DNA of 64,000 bases from Patescibacteria group bacterium (GCA_028716665.1 JAQUPP010000002.1:139717-203716), one strand, 5' to 3'; counted from the stretch's first letter, positions 45,989-56,655 are shown. Made by a program: numbers and translations. The notes: generated by a model not told the origin, from the sequence alone.

Positions 45989-46966
45989 ATGAAACAAAAT
46001 TTTTGGGAAAAATTGAAAAAACCAATTATGGCTATCGCGCCGATGGCAAATGTCACTGATGCGGCGTTTCGGCAAATGCTTTTAAAATACGGTCGGCCGG
46101 ATATTTTTTTGACAGAATTCGTTTCCGTGGAAGGATTAACTTCAAAGGGCAAAGAACAATTGTTGGTGGATTTGTGGTATAATAAAAAAGAGCATCCGAT
46201 TGTGGCTCAAATATTCGGCGCCAAACCTGAAAAATTTGAAAAGGCGGCTGAAATAATACGCGAACTCGGTTTTGACGGCATTGATATCAATATGGGTTGT
46301 CCGGACAAAGATATTGAGAAACAAGGTGCCGGAGCGGCATTAATCAAAAATCCGGAATTGGCAAAACAAATTATCAGAGCGACAAAAAAAGGAGCAGGGG
46401 ATCTGCCAATTTCCGTAAAAACGCGAATCGGTTATTCCAAAAATCAAATTAAAGAATGGATTCCGATTCTTTTGAAAGAAAATTTAGCCGCGCTGACTGT
46501 CCATCTTCGCACAAAAAAAGAGGGGTATAACATTGCCGCGCATTGGGAGCTTGCCCCTGAGATCGCAGCATTAAGAGATTGTTACGCGTCGGAGACGATT
46601 ATTCTCGGCAATGGCGATATAAATACATTGGATGAAGCGCGCGAAAAAACAAAAAAATCCGGACTGGACGGAGTAATGGTTGGAAGGGGAATTTTGGCAA
46701 ATCCGTGGTTATTTTCAAAAAAAATGCTCCGCATTCAGGAGCGGCTCGAATGCATGGTAAAACACGTCGAGCTTTTTGAAAAAATGTATAAAACAGATAG
46801 TGATAAAAATTTAAAAAGTTTCAATACTATAAAAAAATATTTCAAAGCATATATCAGTGGATTTGACAATGCGAAAGATTTAAGAGTTCTGCTGATGGGG
46901 GCGAAAAATGCTATTGAAGTGAAAAAGATTACGAAAAAATTTATCAAAGAAACTAATATATTTTAA
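45989..46966 (+). CDS. tRNA-dihydrouridine synthase (Dus family)
   Basis: MAIAPMANVTDAAFRQM, DINMGCPDKDI catalytic Cys region, TIM-barrel Dus fold. Confidence 0.85.
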   Translation: MKQNFWEKLKKPIMAIAPMANVTDAAFRQMLLKYGRPDIFLTEFVSVEGLTSKGKEQLLVDLWYNKKEHPIVAQIFGAKPEKFEKAAEIIRELGFDGIDINMGCPDKDIEKQGAGAALIKNPELAKQIIRATKKGAGDLPISVKTRIGYSKNQIKEWIPILLKENLAALTVHLRTKKEGYNIAAHWELAPEIAALRDCYASETIILGNGDINTLDEAREKTKKSGLDGVMVGRGILANPWLFSKKMLRIQERLECMVKHVELFEKMYKTDSDKNLKSFNTIKKYFKAYISGFDNAKDLRVLLMGAKNAIEVKKITKKFIKETNIF

Positions 46967-46972
46967 AATATT

Positions 46973-47596
46973 ATGAAAAATAAAATACTTATTTTAATTT
47001 TTGTTATCTTATTTTGTGCGGGGATCGGTTGCTGGTTTATTAGAAAATATCAAATTCCTGTTTCAAAAACAATCAGCGAATCTGTTGCGATTGAAATAAT
47101 AAAAAATCAATTTCCAGAATTCAAAGAATATCCAAGCAATCAGTTGCCGCCAAAATCCATTAAAACTCAGAAAACAGACGACGGCTGGCATATTGCTTTT
47201 ATTCAAGAAGGTTCCGGACGGCCGATTATTTCAGCAACCTGTTTTTTTATGGATAACCAAAAGAATATTATGAGCCAGAGAATATATAATCCAACCATTG
47301 AAGAAGATTCAACCGTAGAATTGTCGCCGATAACTTGCACTCCGGGCGCCTGTTCATTGGAAAATTGTCATGGATTGGACATAAAATGCGGTTCAAATCC
47401 GCCTGATGTTTGCACGGAAATATACTTAATCGGGGATAAATGTCTGCAATATGCCAAATGCGGCGTTCAAAATGGCGAATGCCGGCAAATAGAAAATTCT
47501 CAATTTACAGAGTGCAAATCATGCGTTCAAAAATGCATAGACGCTAATGAAAATGATAATATAAAGTTGTTTAACTGTGAGAGTAAGTGTAAATAA
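46973..47596 (+). CDS. Secreted/membrane-anchored Cys-rich hypothetical protein
   Basis: N-terminal TM/signal; 12 Cys in C-terminal half. Confidence 0.4.
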   Translation: MKNKILILIFVILFCAGIGCWFIRKYQIPVSKTISESVAIEIIKNQFPEFKEYPSNQLPPKSIKTQKTDDGWHIAFIQEGSGRPIISATCFFMDNQKNIMSQRIYNPTIEEDSTVELSPITCTPGACSLENCHGLDIKCGSNPPDVCTEIYLIGDKCLQYAKCGVQNGECRQIENSQFTECKSCVQKCIDANENDNIKLFNCESKCK

Positions 47597-49427
47597 AAAA
47601 AGAATATTTAGCATGAAATCAACACATTCAAATATAATTTATCCAAAAGTATACGTTAAAGACGTATTTAATTCAATTTGGAAGGGTGTACGCCGAAACT
47701 GGCCTTCACTGGCAATCAGTGTTATTGGCATTGGCGCTCAAAACGTTTTTGCCATAATTATTCCTCTTTATTATAAGCATTTATTTGATGCCTTAACTTC
47801 GGGAGAAAAAATTATGTCCTCTCAAGCTAAAGCCGATTTGGCGCCCCAACTTATACATATTATTTTAATCATTTTAGGTCTCAATATTTTAAAATGGCTC
47901 GGCGCGCGCATTGGCTCATTTGCAAACGGGTATTTTCAAATAAAATCAATGGCCACTTTACGCGAGCAAGCCTATGATTCTTTGCAGTATCATTCATACA
48001 GTTTTTTTACTAATAATTTTACCGGCGCTTTAGTGCAGAGAATAAGTCGATACGCGCGGGCTTTTGAGCGTTTGGCTGATCGTATTACTTGGGATTTATG
48101 GCCGCTCATTATCCGCATTACCGGTACGGTTATTATCGTTTGGACTATCAAGCCAGGATTAGCCATTCTGATTTTATGTTGGGCGTTGGTAAATATGACT
48201 GTTAATTATTTTTTTTCGCTCTGGCGCCTGCCTTATAGAATAAAAGCCGCCGCAGCGGACTCGCATACTACCGCTGTTCTCGCTGATGCTATTACCAATC
48301 AAAACAATATTGATGTATTTAATCGTCATAAAGACGAATTTAAATATTTAAAAAAAGCGACAACCGCTCAGCAAGAAATAAATCTTTTAAATTGGAATAT
48401 TCACAATTGGCTTGATGCTATCCAATCTGGTCTTATTTTGCTGGTGGAATTTTTTATTTTTTATTTTGCCATTCATTATTGGCAAGCAGGCGTTGTGACC
48501 GTAGGCACTTTTATATTATTGCAACTTTACGTCATCAGTCTTGGCGGGACCTTATGGGATTTTAGCCGTATTATCCGCGATTTTTATGAAAGCTATGCCG
48601 ATGCCAAAGAAATGGTTGAAATTATGAAACTGCCTCATGAAATTAAAAATATTCCAACAGCGCAACCCCTCCGCGTTTCTTCCGGCAAAGTGGCCTTTAA
48701 TGACGTCAGTTTTTCTTTTAATAATAATCGTAAAGTTTTGAAAAATATAAATGTCAAAATTGAAGCCGGAGAAAAAGTGGCTTTAGTCGGTCCTTCAGGT
48801 GCCGGAAAAACAACTTTTATCAGATTGCTTTTGAGATTTCATGATGTGACCAGCGGCGAAATTGTGATTGACGGACAAAATATTCATAATGTGACGCTAG
48901 AAAGTTTGCGAGAGGCGATTAGTTTAGTGCCGCAAGATCCGCTCCTTTTTCATCGCACGATTATGGAAAATATCCGCTATGGCAAGCCATCGGCCACGGA
49001 TGACGAAGTGATAAAAGCGGCTGAGCTTGCTCATTGCGACGAATTTATAGAAGGTTTGGCTCAAAAATATGATACCTATGTCGGCGAACGGGGCATCAAA
49101 CTCTCGGGCGGAGAGAGGCAAAGAGTTGCCATTGCCCGGGCTATTCTTAAAAATGCTCCGATTTTAATTCTTGACGAAGCCACTTCAAGCTTGGATTCTT
49201 ATTCGGAAAGCTTGATTCAAGACGCTCTTGATAATCTTATGAAAGACAAGACGGTAATTGTTATTGCTCATCGTCTTTCCACTATTCGCAAAATGAACAG
49301 AATCATAGTGATGAAGCAGGGGAGTATTTCTGAAGAAGGCACGCACGAAAATCTTATTAATGAGAAAGACGGCTTATACGCCAAATTATGGAATCTTCAA
49401 GCCGGCGGTTTTATCGCGAAAAAATAA
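47577..49427 (+). CDS. ABC transporter permease/ATPase fusion (MsbA-like exporter)
   Basis: 6-TM domain then GPSGAGKTT, LSGGERQRVAIARA, ILILDEATSSLD. Confidence 0.85.
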   Translation: MRVSVNKKRIFSMKSTHSNIIYPKVYVKDVFNSIWKGVRRNWPSLAISVIGIGAQNVFAIIIPLYYKHLFDALTSGEKIMSSQAKADLAPQLIHIILIILGLNILKWLGARIGSFANGYFQIKSMATLREQAYDSLQYHSYSFFTNNFTGALVQRISRYARAFERLADRITWDLWPLIIRITGTVIIVWTIKPGLAILILCWALVNMTVNYFFSLWRLPYRIKAAAADSHTTAVLADAITNQNNIDVFNRHKDEFKYLKKATTAQQEINLLNWNIHNWLDAIQSGLILLVEFFIFYFAIHYWQAGVVTVGTFILLQLYVISLGGTLWDFSRIIRDFYESYADAKEMVEIMKLPHEIKNIPTAQPLRVSSGKVAFNDVSFSFNNNRKVLKNINVKIEAGEKVALVGPSGAGKTTFIRLLLRFHDVTSGEIVIDGQNIHNVTLESLREAISLVPQDPLLFHRTIMENIRYGKPSATDDEVIKAAELAHCDEFIEGLAQKYDTYVGERGIKLSGGERQRVAIARAILKNAPILILDEATSSLDSYSESLIQDALDNLMKDKTVIVIAHRLSTIRKMNRIIVMKQGSISEEGTHENLINEKDGLYAKLWNLQAGGFIAKK

Positions 49428-49453
49428 TCAATAAATTATAAAATTTTTACATT

Positions 49454-49717
49454 ATGGAAAATAAAATCATTCAATTAAAGAAGGGTATATGGTCCAATAA
49501 ATATTTCTGCAAATTGGCGTTATTGGATCACTTGCGCGAATGTTTGGAAAAAGATAATTATTTAAAGGCCACTGACGCGTCCAAAAATTCAGACGGCTAC
49601 AAAAATTTGGATAAAGAATTAATGGATCTTAAAATCATTTTGGACTTGTATTTTGATGACAACAATGAACTTCACGCGCAAAGAATTGACAAGTTTATAG
49701 ATAAGTTGGAAAAATAG
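49454..49717 (+). CDS. Hypothetical small protein
   Basis: ORF only. Confidence 0.3.
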   Translation: MENKIIQLKKGIWSNKYFCKLALLDHLRECLEKDNYLKATDASKNSDGYKNLDKELMDLKIILDLYFDDNNELHAQRIDKFIDKLEK

Positions 49718-49758
49718 GCGTAAAAATAAGTTAGGCGCAATAAAGTTGAAATTAATTT

Positions 49759-50628
49759 ATGATTTATAAAATATCCTTACTGAATTTTTTATACGGCCAT
49801 CTCATGCCATCCGAAGATTCAATGCTGGTTGATGGAAAAATTTTTTGTGTTGCTGACGGAGTAACAAGGGATCCAATTTTTTCAAAAGATTTTACCAGAT
49901 TGTCATACGAAGAGGCTTTGAAAAAATATCCGAATCCGAGTGGTGCAAAATTAGCAGCGGATATTTTTTGTGAATCGTTTATAAAGTCATTAAAAAACAA
50001 AAGCTTTTCAATAAAAAATGTTAGAGACGCATTTATTTTCGGGAATAAAGAAATTTTTAAACTAAACAAGAAGTATATTAAAAAAGTTGATTATCTGGTA
50101 AATGATTTTTTCAGCTGTGTTGCTATTGGTGGAATAATTCATGGCAATAAACTATTCTGGGGTGGAATATGTGATTGTGGAATAATTATTTACGATAAAC
50201 ATGGCAAGGTAAAATTTCAAACTCCAAACTGGATGAAGCCATTTGAAGAATATGAAAAACAATATCTGCAAAAATCCGATTTCAATTTTGCTATGCCTAA
50301 ATATCGCAAAATGATCAGGTCGGAATATAGAAACAACATTAAAAAAATCATAGATGATAAATGTGTTTCTTATGGCGCTTTAACGGGCGAGAGTGCAGGT
50401 GAAAAGTTTATGAATTTTGGAGAAATTGAATTGAACAAAGGAGATTTAATCATTTTTTATTCCGATGGTTTTGAAGCTACAGTACAACACAAAAAATTTT
50501 TCAGAATTATTTATCAAAAAACGAAACGCCTAATTGACCAACAATTTATTCCTTTTAGCTTATATCTTGCAAAACAAGATTATAATAAATTCGGCAAAGA
50601 AAGAACTTTAATAGCGGTTATTAATTAA
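49759..50628 (+). CDS. Hypothetical protein, weak PP2C/SpoIIE-like phosphatase similarity
   Basis: FCVADGVTRD and IIFYSDGFEA resemble PP2C metal-binding motifs; weak. Confidence 0.3.
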   Translation: MIYKISLLNFLYGHLMPSEDSMLVDGKIFCVADGVTRDPIFSKDFTRLSYEEALKKYPNPSGAKLAADIFCESFIKSLKNKSFSIKNVRDAFIFGNKEIFKLNKKYIKKVDYLVNDFFSCVAIGGIIHGNKLFWGGICDCGIIIYDKHGKVKFQTPNWMKPFEEYEKQYLQKSDFNFAMPKYRKMIRSEYRNNIKKIIDDKCVSYGALTGESAGEKFMNFGEIELNKGDLIIFYSDGFEATVQHKKFFRIIYQKTKRLIDQQFIPFSLYLAKQDYNKFGKERTLIAVIN

Positions 50629-50650
50629 AATTTTTTAATTTTTACTAATT

Positions 50651-51388
50651 ATGGCATTAAATTTGTACGAAATGGATCCTCAAATTTATGATGACTATAT
50701 AGATACCAGAATTGAAAGAATAAATTTCAATAAAGTTTTTGATTTAATCAAAAAAATTGCCAACAAAAAAGAATCTGTTGAAATTCTTGATTTTTGTTGT
50801 GGGACAGGCCTTTTTCCAAGAAAATGGCTGACAAAAATAAACAATATAAAATATCTTGGAGTTGATATAAATTCTGATTTTATCAAGTTCGCCAAAAAGA
50901 AATTAAAAAATAATAGGTTTGGTTTTGTTGTTAATGATTCAATTTTATTCAAAACTGATAAAAAATTTGATATTATTCTCGCTACTTCGTCTTATCATCA
51001 TATTCAAGATAATAAAAAAAGAGTATTTCTTAAAAATATTTTTTCTCATCTTAAAAACGATGGTATTTTAATTGTTTATGAAAAAATTATTGACACTTTT
51101 TCTAATAAAATTGAAGCAGTTGATAGTAGTACTCAATTTTACCTTGAAAGAATAAAATATATGATGAAAGCTGAGAAGCTCAGTAAAAATCAATTATTTG
51201 CTTTGTTTAACGAACAATATCTTACTGCAATTCGCCACGAAGAATATAAAGTTGATTTTCAGTATTTTAAAGATGACATAGAAGCCAGCGGAATGAATAT
51301 AAAAGAATATATTAAATTATGGCCAAAAGAAAATTTATTTCACAACGATAAAATCGGAGATTTTGTGTTTCTTATTGTAAAAAAATAA
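50651..51388 (+). CDS. Class I SAM-dependent methyltransferase
   Basis: ILDFCCGTGLF motif I; Rossmann-like pattern. Confidence 0.65.
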   Translation: MALNLYEMDPQIYDDYIDTRIERINFNKVFDLIKKIANKKESVEILDFCCGTGLFPRKWLTKINNIKYLGVDINSDFIKFAKKKLKNNRFGFVVNDSILFKTDKKFDIILATSSYHHIQDNKKRVFLKNIFSHLKNDGILIVYEKIIDTFSNKIEAVDSSTQFYLERIKYMMKAEKLSKNQLFALFNEQYLTAIRHEEYKVDFQYFKDDIEASGMNIKEYIKLWPKENLFHNDKIGDFVFLIVKK

Positions 51389-51441
51389 TATAAATTTGCT
51401 TCTTTTAGTAAAATTTATTAATATTAAGTCATATCTTAATC

Positions 51442-52515
51442 ATGAAAAAGCTTGAATATTATCCATGGAGCCCTAGAATATTAGATAATGCCCTAAAAGA
51501 ATATACCAAAGGCAAAATTCCCACAGCTTATCTTGAATTGACGGCCAAGTGCAGTTATTGTCAATGTTTATATTGCGATTCAAAGTCAGGTATGGCAAAT
51601 CGCGGCGAATTGACATTTCCGGAAATAAAGAAACTGATTTTAAAACTCAAGAAATTGGGACTTCAATGGCTTTTTATTTGCGGTCTGGGAGAACCAAGAG
51701 AAGAAAATAATTTTTTTGACATTCTTAAATTTTTAAAAGATCAAAATATCAAGGTTTCTTTTTTCACCAATGGTTTGGCTTATAAAGAAGAAGACGTAAA
51801 ACTTTTAAAAAAATATAATGCCAATATTATACTCAAGTTAGACACATTTGACGGAAAGACGTTTGATAAAATTTTATCTAAAAAAGGAGCCAGCAAGAAA
51901 ATATATAATTTCGTGGATAAGCTTATTCAAGATAATTTCATAAAAGTCAACTCGGATAACGAAACAAATCTTGCTTTTTCCATTGTCGCGACAAAGTTGA
52001 ATTTTGACGCAATCCCCGATGTTATTAATTTTTGCAAAAAGCATAATATTTTTCCGTGTGTTGATGAAATGGAATATACGCATAGAGCTAAATTAAATTA
52101 TAAAGATCTTAAAATAAACGATAGCGATTTAATTGAATTAAAAACAAAAATAGATAAAATTTTAGGTTATCCGTACAAGAGAACTCTTTGCCAGGGAATA
52201 ATACCCGGCCTGCACATAAATAATGTCGGAAAAATTATTATTGATAAAAGAACGGGTTTAAGTTGTGATTGGTTTTTTCAAGAAGATCCTGTATATGTGG
52301 AAATAGGAGATGCAAGAAGCGATAATTTATCTGATGTCGTGCGCAAAATGAATGAATACAGAATAAAAAAACTTCCGGATATTAAATCTTTATTTTCAAA
52401 CAGAACATCAACAATATCTGCGGGCGGGGGCACAAAGCCAAGTACTTGGTATAAACGCTATATTAATGTAATGAATGCGATAAAAAAAGAAAATGATTTT
52501 GTAAATATGTTATAA
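51442..52515 (+). CDS. Radical SAM-like Fe-S protein
   Basis: Cys cluster KCSYCQCLYCD near N-term and CGLGEPREE glycine-rich motif; non-canonical Cys spacing. Confidence 0.45.
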   Translation: MKKLEYYPWSPRILDNALKEYTKGKIPTAYLELTAKCSYCQCLYCDSKSGMANRGELTFPEIKKLILKLKKLGLQWLFICGLGEPREENNFFDILKFLKDQNIKVSFFTNGLAYKEEDVKLLKKYNANIILKLDTFDGKTFDKILSKKGASKKIYNFVDKLIQDNFIKVNSDNETNLAFSIVATKLNFDAIPDVINFCKKHNIFPCVDEMEYTHRAKLNYKDLKINDSDLIELKTKIDKILGYPYKRTLCQGIIPGLHINNVGKIIIDKRTGLSCDWFFQEDPVYVEIGDARSDNLSDVVRKMNEYRIKKLPDIKSLFSNRTSTISAGGGTKPSTWYKRYINVMNAIKKENDFVNML

Positions 52516-52527
52516 TAATTTAATACT

Positions 52528-53106
52528 ATGACCGAAATTAAAATTTTAATTGAGGGTTACGCAAAACCATTGAAAAATGGCTGGTTGGCGAATTCTTCTG
52601 TTGTTTTTATAAAATCAAATGGAAAAAATATCATTGCAGACCCCGGTTTTGACAGAGAAAAATTATTAAGCGCATTGAAGAAAGAAAAATTAAAAACTTC
52701 GGATATTGATTTTGTATTTTTAACTCACGGACATATTGATCATTCGCTTCTGTCTGGAATTTTTGAAAAGGCAAAAATAGTTGATGAACTTTATATTTAT
52801 CAAAAAGATATCATTATTAAACACAATGGAATTATTCCTAACACTGACCTAAAAGTAATTCGTACGCCCGGCCATATGGAAGAGCACTGTTCCTTAATTG
52901 TTGAAACAAAAAAAGGAGTTTATGCTGTTGCCGGAGATGTTTTTTGGTGGTTGGAGAATGAAAAGCAAGAAATAGATATCAGTAAACCGGATAACGATCC
53001 GGAACATATGAATCTTCAAAAACTTATTGTCTCCCGTAAAAAAATACTAAAACTGGCTGATTATATAATTCCAGGACACGGTAAAATGTTTAGGGTTAAA
53101 AAATAA
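52528..53106 (+). CDS. MBL-fold metallo-hydrolase
   Basis: LTHGHIDH motif. Confidence 0.7.
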   Translation: MTEIKILIEGYAKPLKNGWLANSSVVFIKSNGKNIIADPGFDREKLLSALKKEKLKTSDIDFVFLTHGHIDHSLLSGIFEKAKIVDELYIYQKDIIIKHNGIIPNTDLKVIRTPGHMEEHCSLIVETKKGVYAVAGDVFWWLENEKQEIDISKPDNDPEHMNLQKLIVSRKKILKLADYIIPGHGKMFRVKK

Positions 53107-53115
53107 TTTTTATTT

Positions 53116-53520
53116 ATGACAAAACAATATTTAAATCCAAAAAATTTTACTCACATCATGGGTGCGTATTCGCACGGCCTAAAGATTGATATTGGCGATT
53201 CCGAGATGATTTTTGTAACCGGCCAAATCGCCATGGACAAAGATGGAAATGCGGTCGCGCCGAACGATATAGTAAAACAGACGGAATTTGTGTTTGAGAA
53301 TATTCAAGCTATTCTTAAAGAAGGCAATGCCTCAATTGACGATGTGGTAAAAGCGGTTATTTACGTTACTGATATTTCTAAATTTAAAGAAATTTCGGCT
53401 GTGAGAAATAAATATTTTGCAAACGCCAAGCCCGTAAGTACGCTGGTTGAAATTAATAAAACCGTAAAAGAGGGTTGCGATATTGAGATTGAAGTGATGG
53501 CGATAAAAAAGAAACATTAA
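53116..53520 (+). CDS. RidA/YjgF-family reactive-intermediate deaminase
   Basis: Family-typical length and sequence (FVTGQIAMD, VKAVIYVTD, EIEVMA). Confidence 0.75.
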   Translation: MTKQYLNPKNFTHIMGAYSHGLKIDIGDSEMIFVTGQIAMDKDGNAVAPNDIVKQTEFVFENIQAILKEGNASIDDVVKAVIYVTDISKFKEISAVRNKYFANAKPVSTLVEINKTVKEGCDIEIEVMAIKKKH

Positions 53521-53532
53521 TTTTAATAATTT

Positions 53533-54549
53533 ATGAAGTTTTATCAAGAAATAATAAAAAAATCCAAATCTGTTGATGGTAAATTCAAGAAAATCAATGA
53601 ATCTCAACTAAACAGGATAAAGATAATTTTTCATATTCCTAAATTTCATCCTAGGGCAAAAGCAATTTCAGGCTATACTTTTAGTCCATTGGCTTTGGAA
53701 AATCTTACAAAAAATAAAACTTACAATTTAACGAAAAATCATATCTTTATTATAGATGAATCAGTCAGCAAGCAATCATTTGTCAGAGAGTTTATTAAAA
53801 AACAAAATATCAGTCCAATCATTCTTAAATCAATTGAGGGTAAAGTTAAGACCAAGCCTTTTCTTGATGAATTGATAAAAAACCATGATTTGAATAAAAA
53901 ACAAAATTTAACATTAGTCATTATTGGAGGGGGTTTGCTTCTTAATGTCGGCGCTTATCTTGCGGAAAAATTGTCAGCAAATCTTATTCTTTTCCCGACT
54001 ACTGTTATAGCAATGGCTGATGGCGCAGGAGGAAAAGTTAGAATAAATTTTATTTCCGATAATCGCGCCTACAAACATTTTTATAAGTCGTTTTACGAAC
54101 CAAACGCGATTTTTCTTGATAAGAGATTTCTTGAGTCGCTTCCCAAAAAACAAATCAGTATTGGTTTTGTTGAGATTATAAAACATGGTTTGTTTCAGAG
54201 TCCTAAACTTTATGATTATATTCTTCGTTCAGGAAAAGATTTTTTTGTCGACATAAAAAAACTAAAAAAAGCCATTTTTTGGGCAGCAGCCTTGAAGAAT
54301 GTATGTATTGATGTTGACGTAGAAGAAAATGAGAATGGTTCTAGAAAAATTCTAAGGGGAGGACATGATTTTTCTGATAGAATCGAGGAAGATTTAAAAC
54401 TTGAAATTCCTCACGGAATTGCTGTTGCAATTGGAATCATAAAGCAGCTAGAAATGGAGCGCGAAAATGAGCTTCTTGATAAAGCAAAAAAGTTATTTAA
54501 TATCTTAAATATTCCTTATACTATTGAAGATTTTAATAAATGGAATTAA
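53533..54549 (+). CDS. Dehydroquinate-synthase-like / iron-ADH superfamily enzyme (sugar-phosphate cyclase or glycerol-phosphate dehydrogenase-like)
   Basis: LVIIGGGLLLNVGAYLAEKL nucleotide-binding motif; size ~340 aa. Confidence 0.5.
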   Translation: MKFYQEIIKKSKSVDGKFKKINESQLNRIKIIFHIPKFHPRAKAISGYTFSPLALENLTKNKTYNLTKNHIFIIDESVSKQSFVREFIKKQNISPIILKSIEGKVKTKPFLDELIKNHDLNKKQNLTLVIIGGGLLLNVGAYLAEKLSANLILFPTTVIAMADGAGGKVRINFISDNRAYKHFYKSFYEPNAIFLDKRFLESLPKKQISIGFVEIIKHGLFQSPKLYDYILRSGKDFFVDIKKLKKAIFWAAALKNVCIDVDVEENENGSRKILRGGHDFSDRIEEDLKLEIPHGIAVAIGIIKQLEMERENELLDKAKKLFNILNIPYTIEDFNKWN

Positions 54550-55775
54550 CGCGTCTCTATTTATCTTTAATTTTTATTTCCAAAATTATGCAAGTAAAAG
54601 AAATGGATAAAAAATTTTTATCACGAGATTTGCCGCCCGACGATATTGAAATAGTAAAGTCAGATGGGAATTTTTTATTTGATTCCAAAGGGAAAAAATA
54701 CATAGATTTTTTAATGGGTTGGTGCGTTGGAAATGTCGGTTGGGGGAACGAAGAAATAAAAAAGAAAATAAAAAAATATAATGGGCCGGACTATGTTAAT
54801 CCGAATTATTTGTATAAATCATGGGCTGAATTGGCAGAATTGTTGGCAAAAATAACACCGGGTAAATTGAAAAAGAGTTTTCGCGCGACTGGCGGAACGG
54901 AAGCGGTGGAAATCGCGCTTCAAGCGGCTATGTCGCACACCAAACGGCATAAATTTATTTCCATTGAAGGCAGCTATCACGGCCATTCAATCGGAGCGAT
55001 GAGCGTCGGGTCTTCTGATTTTCGTAATTGGTATAAAAATCTCCTGCCGGATTGTTATAAAATAAAACCGCCCTTGGACGATAAAGCGGCTGATGAAGTT
55101 GAAAAATTATTAAAACAAAAAGACATTGCTGCTCTGATTATGGAACCGATTATTTGTAATCTCGGCGTAATAATTCCGGAAAAAGAATTTATGACCCGAG
55201 CGCAATCGTCTTGTAAAAAATACGGTACCTTACTGATTATGGACGAAGTGGCGACCGGTTTTGAGAGAACCGGAAAATTATTTGCTTCAGAATATTTTGA
55301 CCTAGAACCGGACATTATGTGTTTGGCAAAGGGGATTACCGGCGGTTATGGCGGTTTGGGCGCGACAATCACAACCGAAGAAATTGCAAAATCAATGGAA
55401 TACGAATTCAGTTTTTATTCAACCTATGGTTGGCATCCGTTAAGCGCAGAAATTGCCATTGCTAATATCAAATATATCTTGAAACATAAAAAACAATTGG
55501 AGAAAAATATAAATGAAATGAGCAAATATTTTACAGAACGGCTTTCAAAAATGAAATTTAAATATCCGGCCAATGTTCATGTCAAAGGATTGGCAATAGG
55601 AGTTGAATTTAAAAAACCAAATTACGCTAATCAAATAGTTGCTCAATCGCAAAAAAACGGTGTTTTATTTTCATCACTTGGTAATACGATATTCACTTTA
55701 TTTCCGGCTTTAAATATTGATAGAAAAACAGCCGAAAAAGGATTGAATATTTTAGAAAAATCTTTAATGTTATAA
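54540..55775 (+). CDS. Class III PLP-dependent aminotransferase
   Basis: GGTEAVEIALQAA, LIMDEVATGF, CLAKGITGG (PLP-Lys region). Confidence 0.75.
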   Translation: MELTRLYLSLIFISKIMQVKEMDKKFLSRDLPPDDIEIVKSDGNFLFDSKGKKYIDFLMGWCVGNVGWGNEEIKKKIKKYNGPDYVNPNYLYKSWAELAELLAKITPGKLKKSFRATGGTEAVEIALQAAMSHTKRHKFISIEGSYHGHSIGAMSVGSSDFRNWYKNLLPDCYKIKPPLDDKAADEVEKLLKQKDIAALIMEPIICNLGVIIPEKEFMTRAQSSCKKYGTLLIMDEVATGFERTGKLFASEYFDLEPDIMCLAKGITGGYGGLGATITTEEIAKSMEYEFSFYSTYGWHPLSAEIAIANIKYILKHKKQLEKNINEMSKYFTERLSKMKFKYPANVHVKGLAIGVEFKKPNYANQIVAQSQKNGVLFSSLGNTIFTLFPALNIDRKTAEKGLNILEKSLML

Positions 55776-55806
55776 TTTAAATAATTAATTAATTTAAATA
55801 AAATTT

Positions 55807-56001
55807 ATGGTACAATTTTTAACGCAGAATCCATGGGCAATGTATTTAATAATTATCTGGTGTTTGCCGTGGAAGGGAATAGCGCTTTGGATGGCGGCCA
55901 GACGAAATGATATTTGGTGGTTTGTGGCACTCTTAGTGATTAATACCTTGGGAATACTTGAAATTCTTTATATTTTTGTATTCAGCAAAAGGAAGGTTTA
56001 A
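55807..56001 (+). CDS. Small membrane protein, unknown
   Basis: Two TM helices. Confidence 0.3.
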   Translation: MVQFLTQNPWAMYLIIIWCLPWKGIALWMAARRNDIWWFVALLVINTLGILEILYIFVFSKRKV

Positions 56002-56033
56002 TTTTTTCAATTGGCTGATTAAACCTTAAAATT

Positions 56034-56573
56034 ATGCCGCTTTATTTTATTACCGGAAATAAAAATAAATTCGCTGAAGTAAAATCAATATTGAATGATG
56101 TTGAACAATTGGATATTAATTTGACGGAAATTCAGGATATTGACGCAAAAAATATTGTTAAAGAAAAATTATTGGAAGCGTTAAAACATCAAAAAGGCGA
56201 ATTTATTATTGAAGACACATCGCTTTATTTGGATTGTCTTAATGGTTTGCCCGGTCCGTTGATAAAATGGTTTTTACAGACGATCGGGAATGAAGGCATA
56301 TTTAAAATCGCGGAAAAGTGGGGTAATTTTAAAGCAGAGGCCAAAACTATTGTCGGTTACGCCAAAAGTCCGGAAGAAATATATTTTTTTGAGGGCTCGG
56401 TAAAAGGAGAAATTGTCGTTCCAAGAGGGGAAACTAATTTTGGCTGGGATCCGATTTTTCAGGCGGAAGGCATGGATAAAAGTTTTGCCGAAATCAGCCG
56501 AGAAGAAAAAAATTCCATCAGTATGAGACGAAAGGCATTGAATAAATTTAAAGAATTTATTGAGAAAAAATAA
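56034..56573 (+). CDS. Non-canonical purine NTP pyrophosphatase (Ham1/RdgB ITPase)
   Basis: FITGNKNKFAEV, EDTSL, GFGWDPIF motifs. Confidence 0.8.
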   Translation: MPLYFITGNKNKFAEVKSILNDVEQLDINLTEIQDIDAKNIVKEKLLEALKHQKGEFIIEDTSLYLDCLNGLPGPLIKWFLQTIGNEGIFKIAEKWGNFKAEAKTIVGYAKSPEEIYFFEGSVKGEIVVPRGETNFGWDPIFQAEGMDKSFAEISREEKNSISMRRKALNKFKEFIEKK

Positions 56574-56624
56574 TTATAATTTATAAAATAGCTCCATCTT
56601 CGGATTAGAGGGGCTATTTTTTAA

Positions 56625-56655
56625 AATTTGACCTTTTTTTAATTTGTGATATAAT
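56625..56655 (+). promoter_or_regulatory. Promoter TTGACC-16-TATAAT with extended -10 TTTGTGATATAAT (same extended -10 as gyrB promoter)
   Basis: Read directly. Confidence 0.45.
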
